From Catajapyx aquilonaris (Eukaryota), in contig KZ538082.1 in the NCBI GenBank assembly GCA_000934665.2, positions 62,001 through 126,000 of the forward strand: DNA of 64,000 nucleotides, read 5' to 3'. Below the pieces are notes generated by a model. That model was not told where the DNA came from. It ran no database searches and was given only the letters and a program-made list of their open reading frames with translations. The translations under genes and the position numbers were made by a program. Of this stretch, positions 37,201-49,917 are shown in pieces; position 1 is the first letter of the stretch; every line of letters begins with the position of its first letter.

Positions 37201-40200
37201 TTAGAGATTGAGTAAGACGTTGCATGCTTTACAAAACTGCGTACATTGGGACATTTCACGGTCCAGCACCGTTGTTCCGGTGCTTAAATTCAACTGTGCG
37301 TATTAATAATCGGTACGAATAGCTGATATTGGCAATATAATTTGAATATTATGGCACCCTTTTTATAGGGTAGTGTAGGGACAGCTGCACAAATATGTTG
37401 TTTTGCGTTTAGGGGCGTTTACCGCAGGCTGAGTCAGTGGTATGAGACACCGAACATTTAAGCCCAGTCATCGCACCCATTTTGCCTCGTATGTGCCTGC
37501 TTCCGCTCCATATGAGATTCCTTCCCAAGAGCTGATTTCAACTCAATTTCGGGGGCGTTAATTGAGTTCGGAGCTCTTTCACAAGTAGAGCATTGAATAG
37601 CTGTACTTTGGAAACTATTCCCATTACTGTATTCCCAGGCGCTTATTCCCGCCCATTTTATAGCCTGATTGTTTCTGGAGCTAAGTGTGAGTGCGAACGT
37701 AATATTCGTTAGGGCAGAAGAAGAAGAAAAAGAAAAAAAAAAGATGAGCTGTACTGTTGGGGCATAGCAGGAAGAGGGCTTTACATGGATGATACCCTCA
37801 TTTGTAACAGGATTAGTGGTGAAAAAAGGGTGCTGACTTTCACTTAGGCGCCTTGTCTGGTACTGATCGGAGACGTCCAAGTCATCCGCAGCAGAAAACT
37901 AGTTGGAAAGGCAAGAATGTGATAGTTGATGGAAAAGATGATAAAGTAACATGTAATGTTTGCAACTAGGGATTGCGTGTCAACACACCCATTGTCCTTG
38001 GCGGAGGACACTTGCATTATTATGCAATTGCTGTACCTATATCAGTGAATAGTGAGGATGTAAATGATGGCTCATTTTGTGCTATTTGCATATGAAATGA
38101 CAGTGCTGCATGTCTGTGGTTTTGTAGATTTTTGAGCTTACTTAGTCGACCCCCTTGGAAAATATTTCACACTCTAATTTGGAAATGAAGTCTCGTAAGA
38201 CAATGTTATCTCATGGGCGGGAGCTGCACATTCATGACGCGACCCCTCGTAACATAACTGTAACCATGAATAATAGAAAGATGCAAACTCGACCCCATGA
38301 CCTTCCCCAAGAGCCTCCGTGACATGAAATTTGAAAACTGTACAGTTTTCACCCAAATTCTTATCCACATTGGGCAAGCCCGAGCTCCCCCAATTCGTCA
38401 GAGTGACAGCTGCCCCGTGCCCTCAGTGCCGTGGCCATGTGTGCCTGTCGTGGGTGTAATGAGACACCTACGCCACCCGCCTTTAAAATATATGGGGTAC
38501 GGGTAGGGGCCTGCACCCCCTCTCACTCAGTCTCACTCACACCCATGCCATGGTGTTGCTGAAATGGGTGGGGGGGGAATGATGCTCTGGTCTTTCCCTA
38601 AAGGGAAGCAGGCCCTCGATGTGAAGTGAAGAGTGTGATTTGGATTGAGGATGATCTTACAGTGACGTCATGGGAGGGCTTGGTTTATGTTTGGGTGGGA
38701 CCCAGGTTGTGGACTGGCTATGTGCGCAGGAGGATATGTGGAAATGTGCAGAAAAATATACTACCCCTGTCGCAGTCATAACTGCTGAATGTTTGGTGAA
38801 TTTACCAAGCGCAAAACCAGAAATGATCCTGTACTAAATACCTTTCTTGCAGTGCTGGTAAGCAGTAGGGATTAATCAGTATTATCTGGTGCAGGTTTTC
38901 GTCATGTAAAGCCTTCAAGCAAATGCTGAACGAAATTAACGACCTTGCTGGGCAGCATGAAGTGATAGCTGAAAACCTGACTGCAACCGTGTGCAAAGAG
39001 ATAAACACCTTAGTGAAGGACTTCAAAGATGACAGGAAGAAAGTAAGTTGGCGCTTACATTCCAGTTGACAGGCCGTTTGTTGACATTGGACCTTATTCT
39101 GGTAGCATCTACAAGAAGGTGCCAAAGCGCAAACAACTCTCCAGAACCAGCTGGCCTCAATGGACAGGGCGAAAAAGAATTATGAAAAGTCCTTCAGAGA
39201 GGCTGAGAAGGCGCTGGAGAACTTCCAGAAGGCAGATGCTGACTTGAATCTATCCAGGGCGGAGGTGGAGAAGCATAGGATGAACTCCTCCATGAAGGCC
39301 CAGCACTGTGAAGACAGCAAGAATGAATATGCTAACCAACAGCAGAAGACAAATGAACTTCAAGTGAATATCCTCTTACTCTTCTTGTGGGGTCCATTGC
39401 AGAATGATAATACTAAGTTGGTTTTTAATGTTTTAGGCCCAGCATTATGATGCAATGATGCCAGCAGTCTTCCAGCAACTCCAGGACATGGACGAGAAGC
39501 GAATTAAATGCATCCAGAATTTCCTGAGGCAAGCAGTCGATATTGAGAAAAGTGTGTTTCCTATCATTCACCAATGCTTTGATGGCATTGTCCGGGCATC
39601 CGATGAAATCAACCCGATTGAGGTGAGGTTTTACGAGTTGTTTTTTCAATACTTCCTGTAGCATTTTCATAAAGTATTGCTTGCCCATTTTCCTGTAAGC
39701 TTCTTGAATCTTTGTATTATCATCCAAGGAAAAACTCAACTTCCATTATAATTATTTGTAGATAATGATACATTTGATTTCTTGCTAGTTTGCCTTGAGG
39801 GGCCTTCATTTCTGAACTGATGATTTTTAGTGTTCAGTGTAATTTTTTTCATTGATTCATTATTCATTAATTCGTTTTTCAGGATTCCAAATTGGTGATA
39901 GAAAGGTACAAGTCAGGCTTCTTGCCACCGGGGGAGTATCCCTTTGAAGACCTGAGTGCCATCAAGAATGGCGAGGCGACTCCCATTCACATCACGACCT
40001 CTCCGATTAAGCCTGAGATCCTGACTGTGAAGGGGACTTTGTCATCAGGAAAACTGAAGAAGCGAGGAGGCCTGTTTGGTATTTTCAGCTCAAGCAAGGT
40101 TCGAGACATTTACCATTTTTAATCTCCACCGATGCCCCCCATAGTGTAGATTGTGGAAGTGCAAGTGGGCCAAATTTTTACTTTTGCTTGGATGGAACGT

Positions 40201-43007
40201 GTAATTTTGACTGATTGGGTTGATGAGGGAGGAGTTGGGATTATACATGACCTTTTTTTTCTCTTCTAAATTCTGTCTGTTGGGTTGTGGAATGTTGGAA
40301 GTTGGGTGGGGTTTATTTCAGTAGTCTTAAGTAACGTTTTTGGTGTGTGGGTTTTCGTTAATCATGTTCCAGACAGTCAGGGCTGCCGTTGCAGTCCCTG
40401 CATTTCAGAAGCCATTCCTTAAAAGCAATGTGTTGCAACTATTTAATGATCTCCCGCTAAGGAGATATTATTTCAATTATTTACTTAGCACGTTCAGTGA
40501 GGTTGCAATTTGGATTATGCAAGCCAAAATCAAGTCTAGATTTATGAACAATATTGGTGATGACAAGATATTAATTTTATTTCTTTTTCTTTCTTTCTCT
40601 TTTCTTCTTTTCTAATCCCTGTTATAAATGGGGTTCTGGACTCTATTACCGATACCCAAAAATGTAAGTATATCTGATAAAATACTTATTCTTGTAGTCT
40701 TGCTGACTGTTAATGCTTATGTGTGTTTGCATGGGGTTGGTGATGTAGAAAGTGTGACTTGTAATATATTGCATGCGTTATGGTGATGGGATTTCGTGTG
40801 TGGCCCAGATTATTTTTTCAGTGTGCACAAAATGTAATTTAAAGTTGTAAGTGCATAAATAGAACATTTTCTGTACTGTACTCACCAGTTGATTACACTT
40901 GTATAAAACACAATGTAGGCCTAATGTGCTGCACTAACACACTAAATAGTTTGTGTTGCACCTGAGGCTTTTCTTGTCACTTGTGAGTGTCAAAGCAACA
41001 TGCTGATTTCCAATATGCCATTTTCAGAATCACTTGTATCCAATCATTGACTCAAAGGAGGACTATTCGGACCTGCCACCCAATCAGAGGAAAAAACGTT
41101 TACAACAAAAGATTGATGAGCTGAATGCAAAGATCCAGCAAGAGACAGCAGCCAGGTAATTACCTCTCTTGTACCTAACCACTTGCAAATTCTACAAGAA
41201 TCAATTTTGTGATAGAAATTGTTGAATGTAAGTCCTTTTATGTTCAATGTTTTGTTTCTATCAAGATCCACACTAGTGTGTAATGCAGTGAAATTAGGAG
41301 AGCTTAATAGATATGGAAATATCACAGAATTGTTGTTAAAATAGGAAAGTGTGACAAGTGTCAGATTTATCCTTGTAAGTGTCACTGTAATTTCTGACCT
41401 GGGGATGTACATCTTCTCTCTGATTTTTAGGGATGGCTTGATGAAGATGAAGGATGTGTATGAGCAAAACCCTGCCCTGGGTGATCCAATGTCGATTGAG
41501 GGCCAGCTGACAGAAAACTCACAGCGGCTAGACAAGCTGAGGCACGAGGCCCAGAAGTTCCAGGTCATGCTTGAGTCAGATGTAGCTGGGAACTACGTAG
41601 AGAGGAAGAACTCTCTTTACCATGCTCACATGAATGGATCATCTCCCAGGGCTGGCTCGGGGGGGTCCGGGGGTTCAGGAGGGTCACAGAGGAATAGCGG
41701 ATCAGACGAGTCTCTCAGTCGCTCAGCGTCTGACCTCAGCGTATCCAACACTAATCACAAGCCATCTGCACCTGGGACACCTTTGCCGTCACATGGGTAA
41801 GGAAGCAACAGCTTTCAAAGGCAGCTTGGCCTCTTAACATGGCCGCCAGACACCAATACCAAATTGGCCTCAGTGTTATTTTTACATAAAGCTTGTAGCC
41901 TCTTTGATGCCTTCAAATGCAAGTATTGTCACTACCACTCTTTTACGTGATACTGGAAGAGGAGCAGTCTCAATGTAAAAAATCTGTATTGCAAAAGTTC
42001 AATATGCCACTGCTTGGGATTTTGTACCATGTGTATGTGCGTAATTTTTAATGGGTGAAGTGACAGGAAATATCACAGAATTTGTTGTTAAAATAGGAAA
42101 GTGTGACTTGAGTGTAAGATTGATCCTATTGGAAGATGTCAGGCTACTCAAGACATAATGCTTTATTTTTGTTACATGTAAAATTATTGTGAAAGTTACT
42201 TTGACTAGACCTTTCAGGAAGGGTGTGAGGGAACTAACATTTTTCCTTCAACAATTTCATTTGTAAGAACTATACATGATAAAAGGCAGACGTATATTAG
42301 TTTCCTTTGCTCCTATGAACATGTAAGAAAGGGATGGTGACAATGCACTGATTTGCGAGGCATAATTTTTGTCTTGTGGTAGGAGTAAAAATTGTGATGG
42401 TGGTAGAGTTTGGGATGAAATTAATTTCTGTACTAATTGTATGTTTTTGAGTGCTGTGGCATGGCGTTTTGGGCTGACTTTTGCCCCCCTTTCTTTTCTT
42501 TTCATTTTTCTCACACCCTACCTGCAACCCACTCCCTAACATGTCTTCTTCCCCTTGCCTGCTCCCAATCCCAACAAAAAATCCTCTATCTGCCTGTTAA
42601 ATGGTAGCTCCTCAAATAGTCCTGAGTCTGGGATTGGAACGTCCTCTCATGTCAGCAATCCAGACTCTGACCTGGAGCACCACGACTATGAAGGAGCCAA
42701 TGGGGACTACTACGATGTGGATCCACTCCCACCACTTGGAACCTGCAGAGCAGTGTATGCATTTGATGGTGAGTAGCTCTTTTGATCGTGTGTCAGTCCT
42801 CTGTCTTCATTTAAAGAGAGACTAATTAAATATCGCACCTTTCCTGCAGCAACAAGTGAAGGTTCAATCCCAATGTTTGAGGGAGAGGACATGCTGATAA
42901 TTGAGCTGGACCAAGGTGATGGATGGACGCGCGTGAGACGACAGAATGACACGGAGGAAGGGTTTGTGCCAACTACGTATGTGGAGTGCCATCTGTATTC
43001 ATCCTAG
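17073..43007 (+). CDS. Cip4: F-BAR/HR1/SH3 protein of the Cip4/Toca-1/formin-binding protein 1-like family, ~603 aa
   Basis: Exons 17073-17096 (MSWGTELW), 31303-31418 ([35 protein letters not shown]), 36397-36447, 38895-39042, 39106-39363, 39437-39622, 39883-40098, 41028-41155 ([21 protein letters not shown]1), 41431-41796, 42608-42768, 42850-43007 (SH3, GDGWTRVRR...EGFVPTTYV). All introns are GT-AG, in phase, total 1812 nt. Confidence 0.95.
25231..25291 (+). repeat. (AG)n microsatellite, ~30 units
   Basis: Directly visible in Cip4 intron 1. Confidence 0.95.
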
Positions 43008-44979
43008 TGCTTAGCCCAGGAGGGTACAAGAAGAGTTGTTACCGAATTGATAAGTAATGAGTGCAAGGTTAGTGACTGCGAGTCTGGACTATTGTGTCGC
43101 TGTGTACTTTCTTAGAAAGCTGCATTGTTGGTGTACGTTTCTGGCAGGAAAAGTGACTGTGCGCTGTGAACTATGGTTGAAAATAGTGCGCTTTATCTTA
43201 TCCTTACCCTCTACTCTTTGTAAGTATTCAGCTAGAGGCAATCATTTGTAGTACGGATCTGGTGAGGCCTAGTACTTAGAGACTTGACAAGAGGATGAAA
43301 TGGTGACTAAGTAACGGATCTTCTCCAGATTCCAAGTAATACACCTCAGTTCGCTCCTATTATACATAATATATATACATATTATATATTTATAGTATAT
43401 ATATATTTTCTTTTCACCCTTTTTTTTCTTGTGGGGTTTGTGTCCCTTCCTCTTGACAAAGTTCTCATTGACAAGTAGGTCATAATTGTGCAGATTTCAG
43501 CCACATCAAAGGTGCCCCAGCATTCCAAGGTTTTGCAATTTATTTGAAGATGTCTTTGTTTTTTTAGAATCTCACAGCCATGTACAGTAGAGGTAGTTAA
43601 TGACCCAAGGGGCTATAAAGTAATAGGTGTGTTGTATGGAACAAGTGCAGGAGATTTATTCCCTCCAAGAATAACAGAATGGATCATGTTGCCGAGATGT
43701 TGGTCTTGTTCTTGGCTTTTTCAAACTTTTGGTTTATGCGCCTCGCAAGCATTTACAAGTCATATTCTAGTGCAATTTAAAAGGTGACCAACAAGTTGGT
43801 GCAACTGGTTATATTCAAATGCTCATTTTACAAGTAAATTTTTTTAAGCTGCAGCAATGCATAGTGTGTACATAATCATGGGCGCTGATTTTTTTTGTGT
43901 TTCTAGTTGCGACGTGCTCGTTTTCTGAGGTTAGATACTGCACTTCTGTGAAGTGGATTATGCATATGAGATTTTGTGCATGTGTTTTATGTCCACCTCT
44001 TTATTTTTATTCCCTCCCTACACCGGAGGTATTGGAGACTCAGAGCGCTCCAGGAAAGGAAAAGCTGGAAATCAACGTTTTTATATTCCATTTATGGAAT
44101 ATTTTTTTTACATTGCATGAATTATGTGGGCGATCACTTTTTTTTTTTACAAGAAAATTGTGAGGATTTATGGTATGTGTCACAGTGTAAATGTCAAGAA
44201 GGGACGTTTTGATATGGTCGTGCCTTTTTTGTCTTAAACGATGGGGTTTCCAAGCTCAATTTTTTGGGGAAAAAAACAAACTTGCGTATTTTGGAGCATT
44301 TTCTTCGTGAATCGTGTTTTAGTGCCTGAGCTGCAAAGCAAAAAACATTGATTTCTGAAAAAATAGTCCGACTGATAATAATTCCCATGTGTGAAGGCAT
44401 TAACACAATAAATGACTTAGAAAATTTAAGAAATGAAGATAATAGCAATGCAGATATCAAGATATGGGGAAATAGTCTAGGCTTTATTTTTGTTACTTAC
44501 CACTTGGAACCAGTAGCAAGTCGATGTTTTTAGATGGCGAGGTAAATCTCCCCACGTTTTCTTTATGCTCAAGAGTAATAGTCGCAAAGCTCCCATTGTT
44601 GACCTTATTAGGATGAGTCACCCACAAGAATAACTTATTCCGAAAATTTGCTTCACTGCTTTTAATGTCTATGGGTGTGTAATTTCTTCTCTTCGAGTAA
44701 ATGGAATACATTGTAAATAGCTAGATGGGTTCCCTCACCCTCCCCGTTTCATGTTAATTTTTAAAAAATTGCAGTATTGTCTTACTGTGATTGGATGGAC
44801 TAACTGGGAAAGAAAAAAAGATTGAATGTGATAAGGAAAGTCTTAAGTGTGTGTGGAAGTGTTGAAATACATAACTTTCTTTCATCCTCGTAAGAAATTT
44901 TTAATTTTATTTCCTATCAACGTCACAGAAATATAACCTTTTGGTATTAAGCAGTTCATTGCACGTGCACAATGTCTGC

Positions 44980-45262
44980 TTTTACGGTGAACATGACAAC
45001 AGATCAAGGGGGACACATTTCGACTTATTGAGATAACACATTTTTTCATTATTGAAGCTGACATGATGCACACACAAAGTCAACTTTTACAGCCTGGCAT
45101 TACAACAGAGCAATGGGGACATGTTTGGACATACTGAGATAAACGCTGTTAGTAAAGCTGACATTATGCACACACAAACTCAACTTTTATGGTCAACATT
45201 ACAACAGACCAATGGGGACATGTTTGTACTTATCAAGAAAATATTTTCACTTAGGAAAGCCT
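44980..45262. repeat. Degenerate ~100-105-bp tandem repeat, ~3 copies
   Basis: The core CAT(G/T)ACAACAGA..AA(G/T)GGGGACA recurs at ~44992, ~45098 and ~45197. AAGCTGACAT(G/T)ATGCACACACAAA.TCAACTTTTA occurs twice. Confidence 0.75.
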
Positions 45263-45294
45263 GAGTGAGTATCACAGTGGTAACACCAGAAACA

Positions 45295-48200
45295 TCAATG
45301 CATGGAAGGAACAATCTTCTGCAGGTAGTCCACACCCTTCTTAATCTTGTTTCCCAGCTGGGCATGGTTGTAGTTCAAGATGGCACTGTAGAATGGTTCC
45401 CCTGAAAAATTAAAGCAAGTGAATGAGATGAAACCAAAGCAAGGAGGGGACCTGGTGCAGCTTTTTTCAAATGATGCAACGCATTTGGTGCCAAGGAATG
45501 TCAGGAGTGACCTTAGAAAGGTTTCCACATCCCCTGCAACCCCCTTGACACAGGGGTCAACTGGTTAAAAATTTCCACCCTTCTTCACATGTGACTTGTC
45601 AAACCTCATCCTCTGTTTGGCTGCAAAGGACTGCAGGTAGGAACTTGTCATAAAAATCATGAGAAGTGGACCTCACAGTTTGACCAGAACATGTGGGTAA
45701 GTAAGGGCCTGATGTATCAACATGTTAATGCTAACTGGTGTTAGCGCCTGCTTACATATGGAGTCAATGTCGTTAACCTCATGTTCATACAACCAGTCCT
45801 TAAATGAGTATGATGCCATACACCATGCAACACAAACATGCATGTTCCAATTAACTGCGTGAGAGAAGGCAGTGTTTTCACATACAACATGAGGCACATG
45901 AGATCATGTTGTCATAAATATTACAAGACCTTGGTACAATAAAATCATATCAAGGCTGACATTCAGAAGGATTTTCCTGATGAATCACAATACCAGGCAT
46001 ACATTTCAGCATTTGTTCTCCTTTCACAACTAGAGTGTGTTTCCCAAGCAAAAGGTAGCTTTCTTTGATGGAACACGTGAGCATGGATGTCCAACTCAGT
46101 AAATTGTCTGAATATATGAAGTAGCCAAGTCTCATATGAAACTGGTACACTGCACCTCTGATACAGCCATCATACCAGCAGCTTCGTCCAACTGGCTGAC
46201 ATTTTTTTTTACTGGCATGATGCTATTTGCAGGATAATCAGAGAGGTATCACAGAAGATTCATGAAATTATATAGGAAATCCATAGGACTTCAATAATAT
46301 TGGTGCAAATGGTTGCAAGTGTGAATTAGACAAGCAAAAATGTATGGGCTCATCGCCCAGCCACTTCTGCCTACCTCTGCTTCAGAAGTGGGGCGGCAGA
46401 GGCTCACACTTCTTGTTGTTTTCTTGGGTAATCAGAAGTATTGGCAGGTGAAATATGTCGCAGTAGATAAAAAAATTAATTCAGGCTTCTGGCAGCCAAT
46501 GATGGCTTGGCTCTGGTATTCAGTTTCTGAATGTCAGCTTCTTAATAGCTTGATACTCCATAGGTTCTCAGTTTGCTGCCTCAGGGGCACAGGTTATGCT
46601 GAGTTGCAAGGAGGCTTATTGATTTAAATTTGAAATTTAAAAATCCAAGGACCTCTAAATGTGTCCTTTACCGGTTGGCTGATGCCAACACATGGCAGAA
46701 GTCCGTTGCAGAACTGGATGTAAGGAAGCTTACCTAAACCACCAATTTGCATTTTTTGGTAATACATATTGAGACTACTGCAGACTGGTATCAAAAGTGG
46801 CTATGTGAACAGACCATTACAAAAGGGGTGGCTGGAATAGATTATTAATTGCTGGCAAATGCATAGGTGTAATTTTTTGTTCTTTTTCTCATGTGCTACT
46901 GTAAGTGATTGCAATATGAAAGAATTTTCATTTCAGTTTTTTGGCAAACGTAGATGATTCCCAAGTTTAGAGTTGCATATTGTTCACTAAATCTGACATT
47001 GCTGTAACTGCATTGATGACGTCGAATTAATTGCAGTGTTTCATTGGTGGTGACACTTCAAGTGGAGTATTAATAAGCATAATTTTCTTTTGAACTGGAT
47101 GAGGTATAAAATGCGCAGCATAAATGTGCATTCAAACATGGAGCAGTGTTGAGTAGTTACATAGACCATCAAATTACCTCTGGGAGACATGGAATTATTA
47201 TGTATTAGACTTCAAGTGACTTATGAGTTCATCGCACAAATTCAGGGTAATCCTAATTCAATGCCCATCAATCACTTCAGTTAGAAAATTTTACACTGAA
47301 CCGTTTATTACACTAAGCATAATCTATCACTACAGAACTATAAATTGCAAACCATGCTCGCCAATGTACAGTATAGTAGATGAACGACGGCCTACCACAT
47401 GCACAGAGACATCACATGAACACCTGGGCACGAACCCAGATCCAGAGTGGGATCTGAACCTCAGTCATAGATATTAAAGGGTGGCCTTTAATATCGCAAT
47501 CACAACAATCAATTAGGCTGCATTTACAACTTGACTGTGTAGAAAATCGTTGACAACCCACATCCCTGATACTCACGGCTAATGTCCTCAACAGGCAAAA
47601 GCTCCAGCACAGTGGCATCCTCGGTGCCAAATCCTTCTGCATGCACCAGCTGCAACACATCCATAACCTTGGGTAATGTATGGATGAAGGAATGCAGCAT
47701 CAGCCCACATCCATTTTCCAACTCCAAGAAGAACACTTCCTTAAACATGAGGGACAGGGCATACACGAGGCCAACGTCGAGCCGGGTGAGCATGGGGTAC
47801 TGCCACAAGAGGAGGGATTTACAGCGCCACATCCCTTCCACTGCTCCCAATATTTGTGAGAAGGCAATCTCTTTCCTCGTCTCCTCTGACTCAGTCAGTG
47901 CTTCCACAATGTCTTGGGCAAAGGAAATTATATCCAGATTCCCCTCCTCCATTCTCATAAAGGAAGCAAGGGGCTTGTCACCACCAGCTGAGAGTGCCGA
48001 CACCTTCTTCTTGAGAGCAGCATAAATCTTGGATGTTGGGTCACACCTGTTCAGGTAACATTAACAAAGTATAGTACACAAGTTTCAAATTGATATTTTT
48101 ACATGAGACATGGCACAAATTTTCTAAATGGTACAATGCCATCCCACACTGATACCACAGCCTGGAAAATGTGAACCTTGACACCAAAGAGACTCGAAGA

Positions 48201-49917
48201 AGCATAAAGAAGTGAAAATAACACACCTGTCAACTTCCTTTTCTTCTGCCTCTTTGACCAAGTCACAAGAAGCAGCAATTTCCCTGAGCTGGCTCCAGTT
48301 GCGGATGAACTTGCCTCGACAGAACTTTGAGTTCCTGACTTCTCGAACAGGTCTCCCCATATTGATGGAAAATGTCACGATCTTGCAGAAATCAGAGAAA
48401 GCAAAGTCAACAGGAACTAGCTCCTCCTTTTCCAGTTCTTCTTCTATCTCCATAAGACGAGCCCATGGCTCAGTTTCCTTACTCTTCATCTCGTTGAAAC
48501 TTGAGTCCAACTCCCCACGTGGATCCATCTGTTTCGATTCCCGTAGTATGTGAGATGCCACCCACTGGTCAGCAGGCACATTTCTTATCTTGTATCTCAA
48601 CACGAACTCCTCGGCAACACGAGAACGAACTGCATTAATCTCATAAAACTCCTGCCGAGACCACTTCCGGTCCAGAGCTAGATTTCGCTGTATTACTGTG
48701 GACTGAGAAACACGCAGGGAATCCGCAATGTCATGTACCAGGTTAACAAATGAACGGGGAATGTCTCCCATGTAGAACATTTGCTTTTCAGAGAGTGATG
48801 CCCCGTAATTATCCTTCATGCACTCAAGCCAAGGCTTCATCACAGCTCTTCCTTCGTAGCCCAAGCAGACAATGTAGCACTCCGAGTTACCCTCTTTGCT
48901 GGTGGCTGGTTTAAAAATCCGGACATGTTTGAATGCATGTACCAGCAGGTACAACAGGCACACTGTAGCTGATTCATAAAATGTAAAGGCTTTCAGCAGG
49001 AGGCTGCCTTGTGGCTCTAGCAAAACCATAGCTGTCAAAGCCTCACAATAGAGCAGCGGTGCCACGTTGGTTTCTTGCTCACCAGGGTTACTCTGACAGT
49101 CCACACTTCCATCGGCTGTCACCAAGTGGACACCTCCAGCAAACCGTTCAGCTTGGAGGCACAGGCTCTGGACGTTGGTGAAGCTGGTCAGATCACCAGT
49201 GTTGTCAGACATGAATGTCCAGTTGGGGAAAGTGGCAAGCACAAACCGGTCGTCGTTGATCATCTGCCCTAAGGAATTGCCTTCATAATAAGGATTGAGC
49301 GTCGTTGCCAGCCAGTCCCACTCCACGGTTGGATGGTTTGTTTTAAGGAAGTGGTTGAGAGAGGTGATGAATGCACCTGGAGCCTCACACAAGTGTACAG
49401 AATTGAACCTTTCAGATTCAATGCACTTGCCAGGAATCAGAGGGTAACTAGCAACACACTCATAAAACTTGCACCACGCCTGCGTCACAAACTCCACCTG
49501 ATACTGCTGCCTGAGCATGTATGGAACTGACCCGGATTTGTTGGTCCTCTTGGTGTGACGATGCCAATTATCAAGCTTCTTGTTGTTCAAAAGGCTTTTG
49601 ACATCATTGAGCTCTAACTTCATGCTTTGCAAGAGAGTGAACTGGTATTGCTTTGACTTGAACAAGTGTTCTGGGTTTGGCAGTCTCCAAGGAGTAGTAG
49701 AGTCAGGCTGTTCCAAGACATAGCGCTTGCTGAAGTGGTGTGCGACTATTTCCTCCACTACAAGATTCACTCCTGGAAAGGACCCGGGGCTGGATGAGGA
49801 CCGCTTTGTAGGGCTTTCAAAGGAGCTGTGGTGGGCAGATGTGCGGCGTTTCAGGCGCTTCCCAGAATCATCACTTCCATCATCACTGATGAAACTGGCT
49901 GATCCAGAAGTGTCCAT
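45295..49917 (-). CDS. CMTR2: Cap-specific mRNA (nucleoside-2'-O-)-methyltransferase 2 (FTSJD1/adrift-like), ~755 aa
   Basis: Minus-strand exons 49917-48227, 48046-47577 and 45401-45295 (GT-AG, in phase, 2268 nt). FtsJ/RrmJ-type K-D-K-E motifs: TQAWCKFYE, HLVTADGSVDC, LLLKAF, KPATSKEGNSE. Also HLCEAPGAFITSLNH and NPYYEGN. A possible extra N-terminal exon at 50727-50695 is listed separately. Confidence 0.92.

Noticed and set aside
38480..38570. Internal Cip4 promoter (TATA-like, TCAGTC, ATG)
   Set aside because: The available ATG/donor combination is phase 0, whereas exon 4 needs phase 2, and the other ATG hits a stop.
17200..38800. Nested protein-coding genes among the many 60-160 aa ORFs in Cip4 introns
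   Set aside because: I recognised no domains or coherent exon chains, and the lengths are compatible with chance at this GC content.
40373..40615. Alternative Cip4 exon after the TTCCAG acceptor at 40372
   Set aside because: It is in frame but has no convincing donor and the peptide looks intron-like. It is not supportable without RNA data.
44882..44930. Duplicate of the CMTR2 last exon (shared GNKIK peptide)
   Set aside because: Only five residues match in AT-rich sequence, with no flanking similarity.
45600..46700. Decayed transposase in the last CMTR2 intron
   Set aside because: There are only vague peptide resemblances, many stops in all frames and no termini found. A BLASTX/Dfam hit would be needed.
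47400..47490. Minus-strand SINE remnants (here and near 35110-35170)
   Set aside because: Only a degenerate B-box-like motif is present, without an A box, tail or TSD.
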